A stretch of 64,000 nt of DNA, taken from positions 31,256 through 95,255 of the forward strand of contig JAEOSK010000007.1 in assembly GCA_016840405.1 (NCBI GenBank). Reading direction: 5' to 3'. The notes beneath the pieces are model-generated. The model saw only the letters and a list, made by a program, of their open reading frames with translations. It did not search any database and was not told the origin of the DNA. Position numbers and translations under genes: made by a program. Shown in pieces: positions 1 to 9,861 of this stretch. Numbering within the stretch: position 1 is the first letter of the stretch; the number at the start of each line of letters is the position of its first letter. This stretch comes from Candidatus Hermodarchaeum yapensis. GTDB lineage: Archaea; Asgardarchaeota; Hermodarchaeia; Hermodarchaeales; Hermodarchaeaceae.

Positions 1-150
1 ACCTCAAATGCCATTGAGCTTTGTCGCTGGGGGCTTTAAGTTGTTTTCTGTATCACAGTTCCTGTAAGTCTCCATGATATAGTGACACAAAATATCTGCT
101 TTTATGATAGTTTCGATTTATGATATCAATGTAGGGAGGCCATAATTCTC

Positions 151-804
151 ATGATTGAAGAGCTCCTCTTTCGATACGGATTGCTCTTACTTTTCATTTT
201 ATTCATGGGAATTCGAGGCTATTATGGTCGGAAAGCCCAACCACCCGGTCAGAAGCGGACACGTCAGGAACGATGGGCTGACCAGGTCAAATACGAAAGC
301 AAAGTCCTGGTAATCCTTCGAATTGTCATTGTCTACGCTATGATAATGTTCATCCTGATTTGGAGCCTCGTACCTTTCATAATGCCTCCTTTGGCTCAAC
401 TCATCTTTCCTGTTTGGGTACGATGGTTGGGTGTCATAATTTGTTTACTCATGATTCTAGCGATTACGTGGGTAGGGATTCATCTTGGTCGACAAGTCTC
501 AGGGTCTTTAGAGATCAAAACGGGTCATACTCTCGTGACAAGTGGTCCTTACAAGTATATCCGGCATCCCATGTACTTGGTGTATTTTATTTTCAATCTT
601 GGCTTGTTTTTGATTTGTGCAAATCTTATCCTGTTAGTCATCGTTCTGCTTGGATTGATTGTAGTGGCTTCAAGAATGCGAGTAGAAGAGCAGATGATGC
701 TTGAGCAATTCGGTGACGAATATCAGGAATACTTAGAACGCACTGGACGCTTTTTTCCACCTATTCGTAGAAAAACGAAAGAGGATAGCACAAACTCAAG
801 ATAA
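151..804 (+). CDS. Isoprenylcysteine carboxyl methyltransferase (ICMT/PEMT)-family membrane protein
   Basis: Hydrophobic helices; GPYKYIRHPMY and EEQMM..FGDEY..Y...T.RFFP motifs. Confidence 0.85.
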   Translation: MIEELLFRYGLLLLFILFMGIRGYYGRKAQPPGQKRTRQERWADQVKYESKVLVILRIVIVYAMIMFILIWSLVPFIMPPLAQLIFPVWVRWLGVIICLLMILAITWVGIHLGRQVSGSLEIKTGHTLVTSGPYKYIRHPMYLVYFIFNLGLFLICANLILLVIVLLGLIVVASRMRVEEQMMLEQFGDEYQEYLERTGRFFPPIRRKTKEDSTNSR

Positions 805-821
805 AGTGAAATTTGAACAGA

Positions 822-2105
822 TTAAAGCGCCAGATAATGGACAAGTTGTTTAGTCATATTGATTAGTGAACTGATTGAGACACTTTCATCAGCACCATGG
901 GCTTGCATATTATCAAGGGTGGGCGCACCGATGCCAATTATGTCAATGGAATCAATTACTTCGTATACATAACCCATATCCGTGGAACCTGACATTCCAG
1001 CATATATGATATCGGAATCCTGGAAGCCATGGACCGCTTTGAGTGACTCTGCGATTTTTCTAAGATACGGGCTTTCGAGATTCGTTTTAAAAGGTGGGTA
1101 ATCGTGGTCGGTTTTGATTTCGACGCTAAGTGCTTTGCTTTTTTCCTGTCCTCTTTTGACTGCTTCTTCAATTTCTTTAAGGGCTTCTTCAAAGGTTTCT
1201 TCAGGAATGTACCGCCGATTAATGACCACCTCACATTCAGACGGAACGATATTGACTTTGGTTCCTCCTCGAATGATATCAAGGTTAAACATCGGGGTCA
1301 TTTGATCTGAAGGTCCCCCAAGCGATTTGAAAACTGGAACTGTTGAGATTTCAGATTCACGGACTTCCACTTCTGCTTTGAGCTTGAGGAGTTCATTCAT
1401 GATGGGAATCATTTCTTCGATGGCGTTGACGCCCAAGAAGTTCATTCCTGAATGCGCGCTTCGACCCTTGGTTCGAACTGAGACATTAAACACGCCTGCT
1501 GCTGCTGCAATGATAAGAGGGAGCTGAGCACCAAGTTCAGTATTGATTAGATGACCTTTGATATATCCTTTTTTCGCGAGGTGATAGATGCCTGGATACA
1601 CACCAAGTTCTTCATCGGTGCAGAGGCTACAGATGATGTTGAAGTTGGGGGTGAGTTTGAGCTCGTTGAGGACTTCGATAGCCACAATCATACTTGCTAT
1701 GCCCGATTTCATGTCAAGGGCGCCACGACCGAAGACTTTGCCTTCTTTGATGATTCCTGCAAAGGGATCCATGGTCCAGGGCTCATCAATCGGAACAACA
1801 TCCATGTGGGCGTAAATGGTGACGTCTTCCTTTTGATTATAATCTCGAGAGGCAACTAGATTCACGCGTGGGCCTTCAATTGGGTAGGGAATAGTTTTGG
1901 TAAGTTCTTCGGGAATAAGAACACGTTCAGTCTTGAAACCTAATTCTTTGAAGATAGGCTCTACCAAATCAACGAATTCCTCGTAGTTGTTTCCTGGTGG
2001 AACCACTGTGGGGACTTGGATTAATTCACTAAGTAACTTCGCGATTCGTTCCTGCTTCTTTTCGACAGCTTCGAAAACTTGGTCAACTGAGAATTGATTT
2101 GACAT
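822..2105 (-). CDS. M20 family metallopeptidase (ArgE/DapE-like)
   Basis: AHMDVVP, GRGALDMKSG, DEE, GRSAHSG, AHGADE motifs. Confidence 0.9.
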   Translation of the reverse strand: MSNQFSVDQVFEAVEKKQERIAKLLSELIQVPTVVPPGNNYEEFVDLVEPIFKELGFKTERVLIPEELTKTIPYPIEGPRVNLVASRDYNQKEDVTIYAHMDVVPIDEPWTMDPFAGIIKEGKVFGRGALDMKSGIASMIVAIEVLNELKLTPNFNIICSLCTDEELGVYPGIYHLAKKGYIKGHLINTELGAQLPLIIAAAAGVFNVSVRTKGRSAHSGMNFLGVNAIEEMIPIMNELLKLKAEVEVRESEISTVPVFKSLGGPSDQMTPMFNLDIIRGGTKVNIVPSECEVVINRRYIPEETFEEALKEIEEAVKRGQEKSKALSVEIKTDHDYPPFKTNLESPYLRKIAESLKAVHGFQDSDIIYAGMSGSTDMGYVYEVIDSIDIIGIGAPTLDNMQAHGADESVSISSLINMTKQLVHYLAL

Positions 2106-2133
2106 TTTCTCTCACATTTCCTTCCCTCATTCG

Positions 2134-2865
2134 CTATTTTACTGCATCGAGTTGCCGTTGAAAACTGACATTGATGGCTTTGATGTAGTCAGCGCGGGGC
2201 ACGATTTCTCGACTAATAGTGTTTAACGTGGCTGGTCTAATGGTACCTGATTGAACGAGTTCTCTTCCGGCTTGTTTGATAGCCTTGAAGATGTCGTCAA
2301 CTTTGATTCCCATTTGTTTGAACACTTGGAGTTGGGCACCCATGGGACGAAGAATTGCGCCAACGAATTCACAATTTAAATTCTTACAGTACGCGTTGAC
2401 ATGGGCAATCAGTGGATCAAAATTATCCAATTCTGTAAAACCCGAAACCGAAACAAGGACGACCTTGTTCTGTTTACGATCACCTAAAGGTGGATGACGG
2501 CAATGATCATCACGAACCTCAAAGAAAGGTTGTACTAACGGAATCGACCGATCCAGTACCGCCTTTAGCGTGCTTGTCATCCCGTCAACGAAAACTGGTG
2601 TGGCTAGGATTAACACATCTGCGGTTTGGTGTTTCGTTAAGAGTTCTGCCATGTCATCATTGTGAACGCATTTTCCAGGAGTTTTTACCCAGCAGGTGAA
2701 ACAACCAAGACAGGAATTCACTTTCAAGTCATCGACATATATTAGATCAATTTCTGCTCCTGCTTCCTTTGCACCTTCCAGGAAGGTATTGAGAAGTAGG
2801 GCAGTTCCACCACGGTCTTTTCGTGGACTACTGTTGAGAGCTAAAATCTTCAACGCTTCTTGCAC
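2134..2865 (-). CDS. Flavodoxin-fold iron-sulfur flavoprotein / NADPH-dependent FMN reductase family
   Basis: NSSPRK, CLGCFTCW..TPGKC..DDM, LATPVF motifs. Confidence 0.85.
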   Translation of the reverse strand: MQEALKILALNSSPRKDRGGTALLLNTFLEGAKEAGAEIDLIYVDDLKVNSCLGCFTCWVKTPGKCVHNDDMAELLTKHQTADVLILATPVFVDGMTSTLKAVLDRSIPLVQPFFEVRDDHCRHPPLGDRKQNKVVLVSVSGFTELDNFDPLIAHVNAYCKNLNCEFVGAILRPMGAQLQVFKQMGIKVDDIFKAIKQAGRELVQSGTIRPATLNTISREIVPRADYIKAINVSFQRQLDAVK

Positions 2866-2907
2866 CTTTACGTGTACTCTGATGAATTCAAGTTTATCAT
2901 ATGCTTC

Positions 2908-3118
2908 GAGAAAACCCTGTCCTGTCAGGGCGGGGGTGAATCGTGAAGTTTAAATAGGTTTCTAGAATTCCCTAGTCGAGGTCCCGGTCAGCGGTCCGAG
3001 AACCAAGGCACCATGACCGGGCAACATCGCCGGAACGGCGAGTAGAGCCTGTGGACCAGTCGACACTGGTCGATGGAATGAAACAGGAAGCTTCGTCCCT
3101 CAGGGCGGGGTAGTTCAC
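2908..3118 (+). mobile_element. Non-autonomous IS200/IS605-family mini-element carrying a TnpB omegaRNA(reRNA)-like scaffold, copy 1
   Basis: Left hairpin ccctgtcctgtcagggcgggg and right hairpin cttcgtccctcagggcgggg followed by tagTTCAC; internal gagcctgtgga...gaaacaggaagc; no ORF; homologous to 27534-27734. Confidence 0.75.
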
Positions 3119-3144
3119 AACCCCAAACACCGGATAAGGAACAA

Positions 3145-3591
3145 ATGAGGTTTTGCCTTATGTCATATTTCCGAATCTGGCGCTATTGGCTCTTGGGCGT
3201 GAGTGTTTTCATTACTGCCTTTGGTTTGTTTATGGCGCTTCTTAATCACACGATTTTGTTTTCATTCTTCAATACTCAAATTAATCCCGCGTTTTGGGGT
3301 TCCACACCTGTTCCGGCACCTGCCCAAGCGTTCCAAGGTTGGATTTATGGGGCTTGGGGCGCCACGGTGATGGGGTGGGGGGTTACAATGATTTTCATTG
3401 CCTACTATCCTTTTGGTCAACAGGAACGATGGGCATGGAAAGCTGTCCTCGTCAGCGTCTTATCATGGTACATTATTGATACCACGATCTCCTGGCTGTT
3501 TGCTGTCATCATCAATGTAATTTTTAATACAACTATTCTGATACTGGTGATCATTCCCTTACTCTTTACCTGGCAAGAGATGTCAAATTGA
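3145..3591 (+). CDS. Four-TM membrane protein of unknown function
   Basis: 148 aa hydrophobic ORF, G..GAT.MGWG and W.IIDT..S motifs. Confidence 0.7.
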   Translation: MRFCLMSYFRIWRYWLLGVSVFITAFGLFMALLNHTILFSFFNTQINPAFWGSTPVPAPAQAFQGWIYGAWGATVMGWGVTMIFIAYYPFGQQERWAWKAVLVSVLSWYIIDTTISWLFAVIINVIFNTTILILVIIPLLFTWQEMSN

Positions 3592-3650
3592 ACTTGAATC
3601 CTTTTCCGACAAGGTAAAAAAGCGGTGAACGTCCTTACATCGACGTTCAA

Positions 3651-4478
3651 GTGGAGATGACACTGTTGAAATCTACTCGTTCAATTTCAATTCTGAAGTG
3701 TATGGAAACCCATTGTGAAGAAATTGAAGATGTGGTCGCTCATGAGTTAGGATTGAGAATTCTTCTCACGGATTCGATGGGTGAAGAAAGTTTTGCTCTG
3801 GTTCATACGTTGCCAACAGAATTTGACTCACTCATCATTGGGTTACTGTTTACTTCGCGTTTGATTTCTTCTCCTGGGGATGTTGTTCAAATCCGCACCC
3901 GAAGCCAACTTGCTAAAGTACGTCTATCAGATGAAAGTGCATTCCGGGACAAACTCAATTCAATCCGGGCAACTGCACGGATTGTTATGGGCATTTGTGG
4001 ACCTGAAGAAGGGGCCTTAGGTACGTGGCGTGCTTGTGATGTTCCTGCAATTGAAACATCAATGAAAATATCACCTTCGATTATCCGGCAAGCAATTCAA
4101 AATCTGAATAACGAAATGGTGTTGTATCGACAGACAGGAGGTACACATGGCGCCGCATTGGTTGACACTGAAGGTAATGTTATTAAGCTCGCTGAAGATG
4201 TGGGTCGCCATAGTGCGATTGATCGCGTCATCGGGAAAGCGTTATTGGATAATATGAATTTGTCAAATCTGATTTTGGTATGTTCCGGGAGACTGACGGG
4301 TGACCTAGTTTTGAAAGCTGCAGTTGCGAGAATTCCTCTAATCGCTTCAATCAGTGCAGGTGTATTCTCAGGCATTGAGCTCGCTGATGCTGCAGGCGTT
4401 ACGCTTATTGGGTTTGTTCGGGGTGCACGTATGAATGTCTACACGCACCCTAGTCGGTTGGTGTTTTCGTCAGTCTAG
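3651..4478 (+). CDS. fdhD: Formate dehydrogenase accessory sulfurtransferase FdhD
   Basis: TGGTHGAA, EDVGRHSAIDRVIG, SGRL, LIGFVRG..MNVYTHP motifs. Confidence 0.9.
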   Translation: MEMTLLKSTRSISILKCMETHCEEIEDVVAHELGLRILLTDSMGEESFALVHTLPTEFDSLIIGLLFTSRLISSPGDVVQIRTRSQLAKVRLSDESAFRDKLNSIRATARIVMGICGPEEGALGTWRACDVPAIETSMKISPSIIRQAIQNLNNEMVLYRQTGGTHGAALVDTEGNVIKLAEDVGRHSAIDRVIGKALLDNMNLSNLILVCSGRLTGDLVLKAAVARIPLIASISAGVFSGIELADAAGVTLIGFVRGARMNVYTHPSRLVFSSV

Positions 4479-5290
4479 CGAACAAAGGTTTTCTTGTCAA
4501 GACGGTCATTGAAACTGATTTGTTCCATGCATTCATCACAAAGGGCTTGGGCTTCTGCGGGGATACCATATTTCTCGAAGAACTTGACAATGTTTGTGAT
4601 ATCTCGGAGAAGGATAGGACGGCCCTTCTTTAGAGCTCTGTGACGGTTGGGTCGTGATGCAAAATCGATTGCTTGTGGAAAATCGATGATCCATGGTTCA
4701 TTTTGGAAGTACAATATGTTGAAGGCGGACAGGTCTCCGTGAATGATGAATACTCGGTAGATGGCAAAGATTTGGTCGATGATTGAGTTGAAGATTCGTT
4801 TGGGGTGCTCAATCTGGACGTCTTTGAGCAGTGGTGCGGGTGTTCCATTTTCACCAAGAAATCGGGCGGTAAACATGTTATCGATATGACGGGCAGGAGT
4901 GGGAACCTTTACACCGGCACGAAAGACGCGATCTAAGATCCAGAATTCACGAGATGCCCAATAACTCATGATATCCTTGGAATAGCCGACTTTCCCACCA
5001 CCCATTTTCTTACGTTTCCCTCCCTTTGCGTGCGGTGTGGCATAGAGGCGATAGACTTTCAGGGCGAGAGGGAAATCATACCATAGTGCATGGAAGACGG
5101 TAGCTTCTTTTCCTGCACTAATAGTTCCTTTAACGTCCGTCGCGAGTTGTGTGGCTAGTGCTTCCACTCGAACGGACGTCAGAGTGATTTCAGGCAGATC
5201 TTCAAGGCGTCCTCGTTGCCCCTCGATTTTGCTGGTCTGACGTTGCGCTAGACTGCGCTTACTGATGTATGGGCTTGGTTGATTTGGCAC
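4475..5290 (-). CDS. RIO1-like atypical Ser/Thr kinase/ATPase
   Basis: ISAGKEA P-loop, ALKVYR, IIHGDLSAFNIL, IIDFPQA. Confidence 0.9.
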   Translation of the reverse strand: MPNQPSPYISKRSLAQRQTSKIEGQRGRLEDLPEITLTSVRVEALATQLATDVKGTISAGKEATVFHALWYDFPLALKVYRLYATPHAKGGKRKKMGGGKVGYSKDIMSYWASREFWILDRVFRAGVKVPTPARHIDNMFTARFLGENGTPAPLLKDVQIEHPKRIFNSIIDQIFAIYRVFIIHGDLSAFNILYFQNEPWIIDFPQAIDFASRPNRHRALKKGRPILLRDITNIVKFFEKYGIPAEAQALCDECMEQISFNDRLDKKTFVR

Positions 5291-5425
5291 TTTTTTCTAA
5301 CCTTTCTTATGGTGAGTTTCGCCTCTCCACCAATTTCCAAGAGCTAGTAGGGTCAGATATCTTAACTACTCTGTGCTCTGGAGCTGCGGATTGGCAACTG
5401 ATGTCCCTTTAAAAAATGGGTTCAA

Positions 5426-5509
5426 CTAGTGCCTGTCTCGGGAGGCAGCGATTACACCATCTCCATCGACAGAGCAGGTCCTTTGAATTGAAAATTCTAT
5501 TACCGGCAT
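5426..5509 (-). CDS. Putative 27-aa leader peptide (MPVIEFSIQRTCSVDGDGVIAASRDRH) upstream of the RIO kinase; 38 aa if started at 5542
   Basis: GGAGGTG 10 nt before the ATG; TTTATAT box at 5566-5572 (minus strand); hairpin and U6 tract around the stop. Confidence 0.4.
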   Translation of the reverse strand: MPVIEFSIQRTCSVDGDGVIAASRDRH

Positions 5510-5638
5510 AAACGCAATACACCTCCATGAAAACAAAATCATGTACACGGGAATTACCCATTGCGATATAAATGAATTACGGTATGTTTTGGACCCATCG
5601 CCCAAGCACTTTTTAACTGACTAAACGAATTCAAAATA

Positions 5639-6496
5639 TTGGTGCTTCCAATGGGTCGTAGCGCTTTCGCTGTTCTTATTGGGATTATTTTTACTTTTGG
5701 TTTAACTCTTCTTGCGGGACTCGTTTATTTCCCTTTGAATATTGCCATGTGGCTTCCCTTTGTGGGATTTATACTAGGATGTCTAGTCATCGGTGTGGTC
5801 GGGCGGTTCCGTATATTACATTTACTTCTCCTTTCTTTCGTCATTTACTTAGGGCTCATGGTGTTTCTTGCAGCCAACGTCTCACTGTGGACGGGTTTAG
5901 ATTTTGGACTCTATTCGTTTGGTCGAATTGAACAAGCTTGGTCACTCTTTATGGTATTCTTAGGTTCCATTCCCTTTATGGAGCTCCTTACTCAACAGGC
6001 CGCTTCTCTACGACTTATGTTCAGCGATTCCATTCTAGCAGTTTTTCTTGAATTCGCCGTTGCATCAATGCTCGTCCTTATCGTAGGGCTCATTATTACA
6101 ATGATCGGCGGGTATTTCACTCGCTCATCGACACTCCATGTGGTGAGTGCTCCCGAACCTCCAGCAGAGGTTCCCGGGCCTGCGGTGCCGGCAACCGCAC
6201 CACCAATGCAAGAACCCGCTCCTACCTTACCAGCTACAGTGCCTCCGGCTGAATATACTGCCATGGAAGCACCACCACCTACCTTGCCCGAACCTCAACC
6301 AGTCGAGGATGCACCGCCACTACCGTCAGATGCAAACCCTGCTGCTGCAGCAATTGCAGGGCTAAAAGGAAAGGCGACTAAGCACCTCAAAGGTACAGGT
6401 CAGAAGGCACCTGCTGGTCAATCTCGCTGTCCCCATTGTAACGCCACTGTAATTCGTGGTTCTCGTTTCTGTAATGCTTGTGAGCGAGAAATTTAG
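5639..6496 (+). CDS. Membrane protein with Pro-rich linker and C-terminal zinc ribbon
   Basis: N-terminal TM helices, PEP/PAP-rich segment, CPHC...FCNAC. Confidence 0.8.
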   Translation: MVLPMGRSAFAVLIGIIFTFGLTLLAGLVYFPLNIAMWLPFVGFILGCLVIGVVGRFRILHLLLLSFVIYLGLMVFLAANVSLWTGLDFGLYSFGRIEQAWSLFMVFLGSIPFMELLTQQAASLRLMFSDSILAVFLEFAVASMLVLIVGLIITMIGGYFTRSSTLHVVSAPEPPAEVPGPAVPATAPPMQEPAPTLPATVPPAEYTAMEAPPPTLPEPQPVEDAPPLPSDANPAAAAIAGLKGKATKHLKGTGQKAPAGQSRCPHCNATVIRGSRFCNACEREI

Positions 6497-6577
6497 TGGA
6501 GCAGTCAAACTCGGCGGATTTTTGCCTGTGAGACGTGTGTATGGCTTCCGTCGCAGAATATGTAATTATAGATAACA

Positions 6578-6821
6578 TTTATATAGAAGGAAGAGCTGTT
6601 CGGGGCTACTCGAAACCTTAAAAAAGTTTCGTCATGCTGCGCGGGGTTACTCCCTGATATAACATGCTGTCTCTCTCTCCGTAGGTATCTTGTCATGAGG
6701 TAGGAGAGGTTCTAACCAAATTACAGTTCCCTGCCCAAAATCCTCTTTGAGGATGTGCATCAGTCTAATCGGAGATTAGATTCGCCACCGCGCACTCATC
6801 AGAATCATTGGTAGATTACAA
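6578..6821 (+). promoter_or_regulatory. TATA box and long hairpin-rich 5' leader of tfb1
   Basis: TTTATATA at 6578-6585; stem-loops at 6611-6631, 6642-6655, 6675-6708, 6740-6754 and 6764-6780. Confidence 0.4.
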
Positions 6822-7790
6822 ATGGCAAATCCTGCTCAAACTTCAACCCAATCTCGGTCCCAACGATTCCGGGACGCTACCGAGGCGGTAGTAGGGTGCT
6901 CGGACTGCGGTACAGCACAGGTGATTCGTGATCCTGTTCGAGGTGAGGTAATTTGCACCAATTGTGGACTTGTGCTTGATTCACACATGGTTGACCATGG
7001 ACCAGAATGGCGAGCTTTCACCAGTGAAGAGCGTGACCGTCGTGCACGCACAGGTGGGCCGATTGATTTCACTCGTCATGATAAGGGTCTTAGCACTACC
7101 ATCGATTGGCGTGACCGTGATGCCAGTGGGCGAAAACTTGCTCCTGGATTACGGGCGCAAATTTATCGACTTCGAAAATGGCAAATCCGGACACGGGTAC
7201 ATTCCAGTATTGACCGGAATCTAGCCCGTGCTATGAGTGAACTTGATCGAATCACGAGTCAACTCAGCGTTCCTCGTCCTGTTAAAGAAGCTTCGGCGAT
7301 TCTTTATCGTCGGACCGTTGAACGGCACTTAATTCGTGGTCGCAGCATTGAGGCTATGATTGCAGCCTGTGTATATGCTGGTTGCCGTTTACGACAAGTC
7401 CCCCGGACCCTTGATGAAATTGCCCATCACAGTCGTATCAATCGGAAGGAGCTTGGACGGTGTTACCGTCTTCTTCTTCGAAAGCTTGATATGCGAGTGC
7501 CCATCGCACAACCCGCGGATTTTGTACCTCGGTTTGCACAAGCGTTAGAGCTCAGTAGCCGGTCACAGCGGCGTGCGATTGACATTCTCGACAAGGCAAA
7601 GGCCAAGGGGATTACTGCGGGTAAAGATCCCACGGGGTTGGCTGCAGCGACTCTATATATCGCTTCGATTCAAGAGGGTGAACGTCGGACCCAACGTGAA
7701 ATTGCAAATATTGCTCGTGTCACGGAAGTGACGGTACGCAATCGGTACAAAGAAATGGTTCGGGTTCTGAATCTTCAAGTTGAGATCTAA
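6822..7790 (+). CDS. tfb: Transcription initiation factor IIB (TFB), paralog 1
   Basis: Zn ribbon CSDC...CTNCG, GPEWRAF B-reader, two cyclin repeats, VTEVTVRNRYKE. Confidence 0.97.
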   Translation: MANPAQTSTQSRSQRFRDATEAVVGCSDCGTAQVIRDPVRGEVICTNCGLVLDSHMVDHGPEWRAFTSEERDRRARTGGPIDFTRHDKGLSTTIDWRDRDASGRKLAPGLRAQIYRLRKWQIRTRVHSSIDRNLARAMSELDRITSQLSVPRPVKEASAILYRRTVERHLIRGRSIEAMIAACVYAGCRLRQVPRTLDEIAHHSRINRKELGRCYRLLLRKLDMRVPIAQPADFVPRFAQALELSSRSQRRAIDILDKAKAKGITAGKDPTGLAAATLYIASIQEGERRTQREIANIARVTEVTVRNRYKEMVRVLNLQVEI

Positions 7791-8067
7791 AGCCTGACGG
7801 GTCTCAACCCTTTCCCTTCTTTTAATATCTCTCTAGGATAGTGAGGGAAAAAAGAAAACATTTAAATATTTGTTTTACTAATAATTTAATGGGAAAGTTT
7901 ATAAGGTTATCGAAGAGGAACGCGGTGCAACTTGCAATAACCCGCTAGATATCCTGCCACGTCAGGTCTCTTTAAAGACCTCTACGCACTATTTCCGCCC
8001 ACATAATGCTTAGACACAATATACTGTGTATCTTAACCTTCCCTCTCCATCACTAGTAGGAGGAAGT

Positions 8068-9036
8068 ATGTATATGGCAAAACATTCATCCGTTCATGAC
8101 AATAATCGGCTCACCTTCGAGGAAAAAGACGAGCATCCCCGGTGTACAGATTGTGGGAGCTCTGAAGTAGTTCGAGATGGGAGCCGAGGGGAAGTCGCAT
8201 GCGCGAACTGTGGGTTAGTCCTAGCTTCTAATGCTATTGATTCAGGACCCGAATGGCGAGCATTCACTAGCGAGGAAAGGGATAAACGCGCACGTACAGG
8301 AAGCCCCATTAATTATGCTCTTCAAGATCACGATTTAAGCACCACGATTGACTGGCGGAACCGGGATGCAGCTGGTCGTCAGATTTCTACCAGTCGGCGA
8401 GCTGAAATTTACCGGCTTCGCAAATGGCAACGGCGTTCACGTGTTCATTCCAGCATTGAGCGGAATTTGGCTAGTGCCATGAGTGAATTGGATCGGCTGA
8501 GTAGCCAGCTGGGTGTTTCGCGAACCGTCAAGGATACAGCGGCTGTTATGTATCGGCGTGCTTTGGAACGGCGACTCATTCGTGGTCGTAGCATTGATGC
8601 AATGATTGCTGCAGCGATGTATGCAGCTTGTCGTCTCCGAGAAGCTCCATGTACTCTTGATGAAATTGCCTATCACAGTCGCATTAATCGGAAGGAACTC
8701 GGTCGATGCTATCGGCTCCTACTCCGACGATTAGATGTTCGTATGCCCGTCTCGCAACCCACTAACTTCATCCCACGATTCGCGAACAGTCTGGGACTCA
8801 GTAGTCGAGTACAACGTCGAGCTATCCAGATTCTCGATGACGCCAAAGCTAAAGGTATAACCGCTGGTAAAGATCCCACCGGCCTGGCGGCGTCAGCTCT
8901 CTATATTTCAGCAATAATGGAGGGCGAACGACGCACGCAACGCGAAATCGCTGAAATAGCCCATGTCACTGAAGTCACAGTCCGAAACCGCTACAAAGAA
9001 CTTGTCCGCGAACTCCAGCTTGCTGTCGAATTCTAG
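8068..9036 (+). CDS. tfb: Transcription initiation factor IIB (TFB), paralog 2
   Basis: Same motifs (CTDC...CANCG, GPEWRAF, VTEVTVRNRYKE); start placed at the ATG after GGAGG (ORF open from 8026). Confidence 0.97.
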   Translation: MYMAKHSSVHDNNRLTFEEKDEHPRCTDCGSSEVVRDGSRGEVACANCGLVLASNAIDSGPEWRAFTSEERDKRARTGSPINYALQDHDLSTTIDWRNRDAAGRQISTSRRAEIYRLRKWQRRSRVHSSIERNLASAMSELDRLSSQLGVSRTVKDTAAVMYRRALERRLIRGRSIDAMIAAAMYAACRLREAPCTLDEIAYHSRINRKELGRCYRLLLRRLDVRMPVSQPTNFIPRFANSLGLSSRVQRRAIQILDDAKAKGITAGKDPTGLAASALYISAIMEGERRTQREIAEIAHVTEVTVRNRYKELVRELQLAVEF

Positions 9037-9102
9037 TCAAAGTTGTGACCAGCTAGACTTAAAAAAGCAGTAGAGCATTGGGAGTCGCGGAGGCTCTCTT
9101 TT

Positions 9103-9639
9103 TTGGTTGAACAGATTGTTTTTGAAAAACTCTCCCGCGAAGAACTACTCAAAATCATCGACATGTATGCCAAGAACTGGCTAGCAATTGATGGCACCTG
9201 GTTTCTTGCGGCAGAACAAAAATTTGATCTAGACACAGCTCTCGAGTTAGACACGGAATCATGGCGTCGGTTTTCTCCGGTCGAAGCGCAACGCATCATG
9301 AAGGAAATCGGTATACCTCCTAACTCCGGTTTAGAGGGGTTGAAAAAAGCTCTTCAGTATCGCGTCTATGCCCGATTGAACAAACAGTCTATCGAGGAAG
9401 TTGATGCAACACGATTCATTTATCGGATGGAAAAATGTCGGGTTCAAGAAGCACGGAAACGAAAAGGGCTCCCAGATTTTCCCTGCAAATCAGTAGGTTT
9501 AGTTGAATACACAGAATTTGCTAAAACCATCGATCCACGAATAACGACTCGGTGTCTAGGTTGTCCACCAGATCCACATCCTGATGAGTGGTGGTGTGCA
9601 TGGGAATTTACACTTCATGATCATAATATAACGACCTAA
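9103..9639 (+). CDS. DUF6125-like protein (V4R/ATC-hydrolase-like fold with Cys)
   Basis: WLAIDGTWF, CRVQEARKRKGL..FPC, CLGCPPD.HP..WWCAWEF. Confidence 0.75.
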   Translation: MVEQIVFEKLSREELLKIIDMYAKNWLAIDGTWFLAAEQKFDLDTALELDTESWRRFSPVEAQRIMKEIGIPPNSGLEGLKKALQYRVYARLNKQSIEEVDATRFIYRMEKCRVQEARKRKGLPDFPCKSVGLVEYTEFAKTIDPRITTRCLGCPPDPHPDEWWCAWEFTLHDHNITT

Positions 9640-9861
9640 AATACAAATGAGCTGCTCTTCTAAAGCATCCAGGAAAGTGATCTCATAAGTTCTATTGCTT
9701 TGATTTTCTTTTTAATTTCTTGAACAGCAAGTCGAGTATCCAGAAATTAATTGTTCTTTTTTTCAGGCATTTTTTTCAAAGGAAATATTTAATATCAATC
9801 ATTTCCAGCAATACATTTTATTGAAGAATTCATCTATTTTAATATCGAGAGTGAGGATTCA

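Noticed and set aside
9640-9790. Possible minus-strand gene remnant (MPEKKNN*FLDTRLAVQEIKKK...)
   Set aside because: Too short and unrecognisable to support
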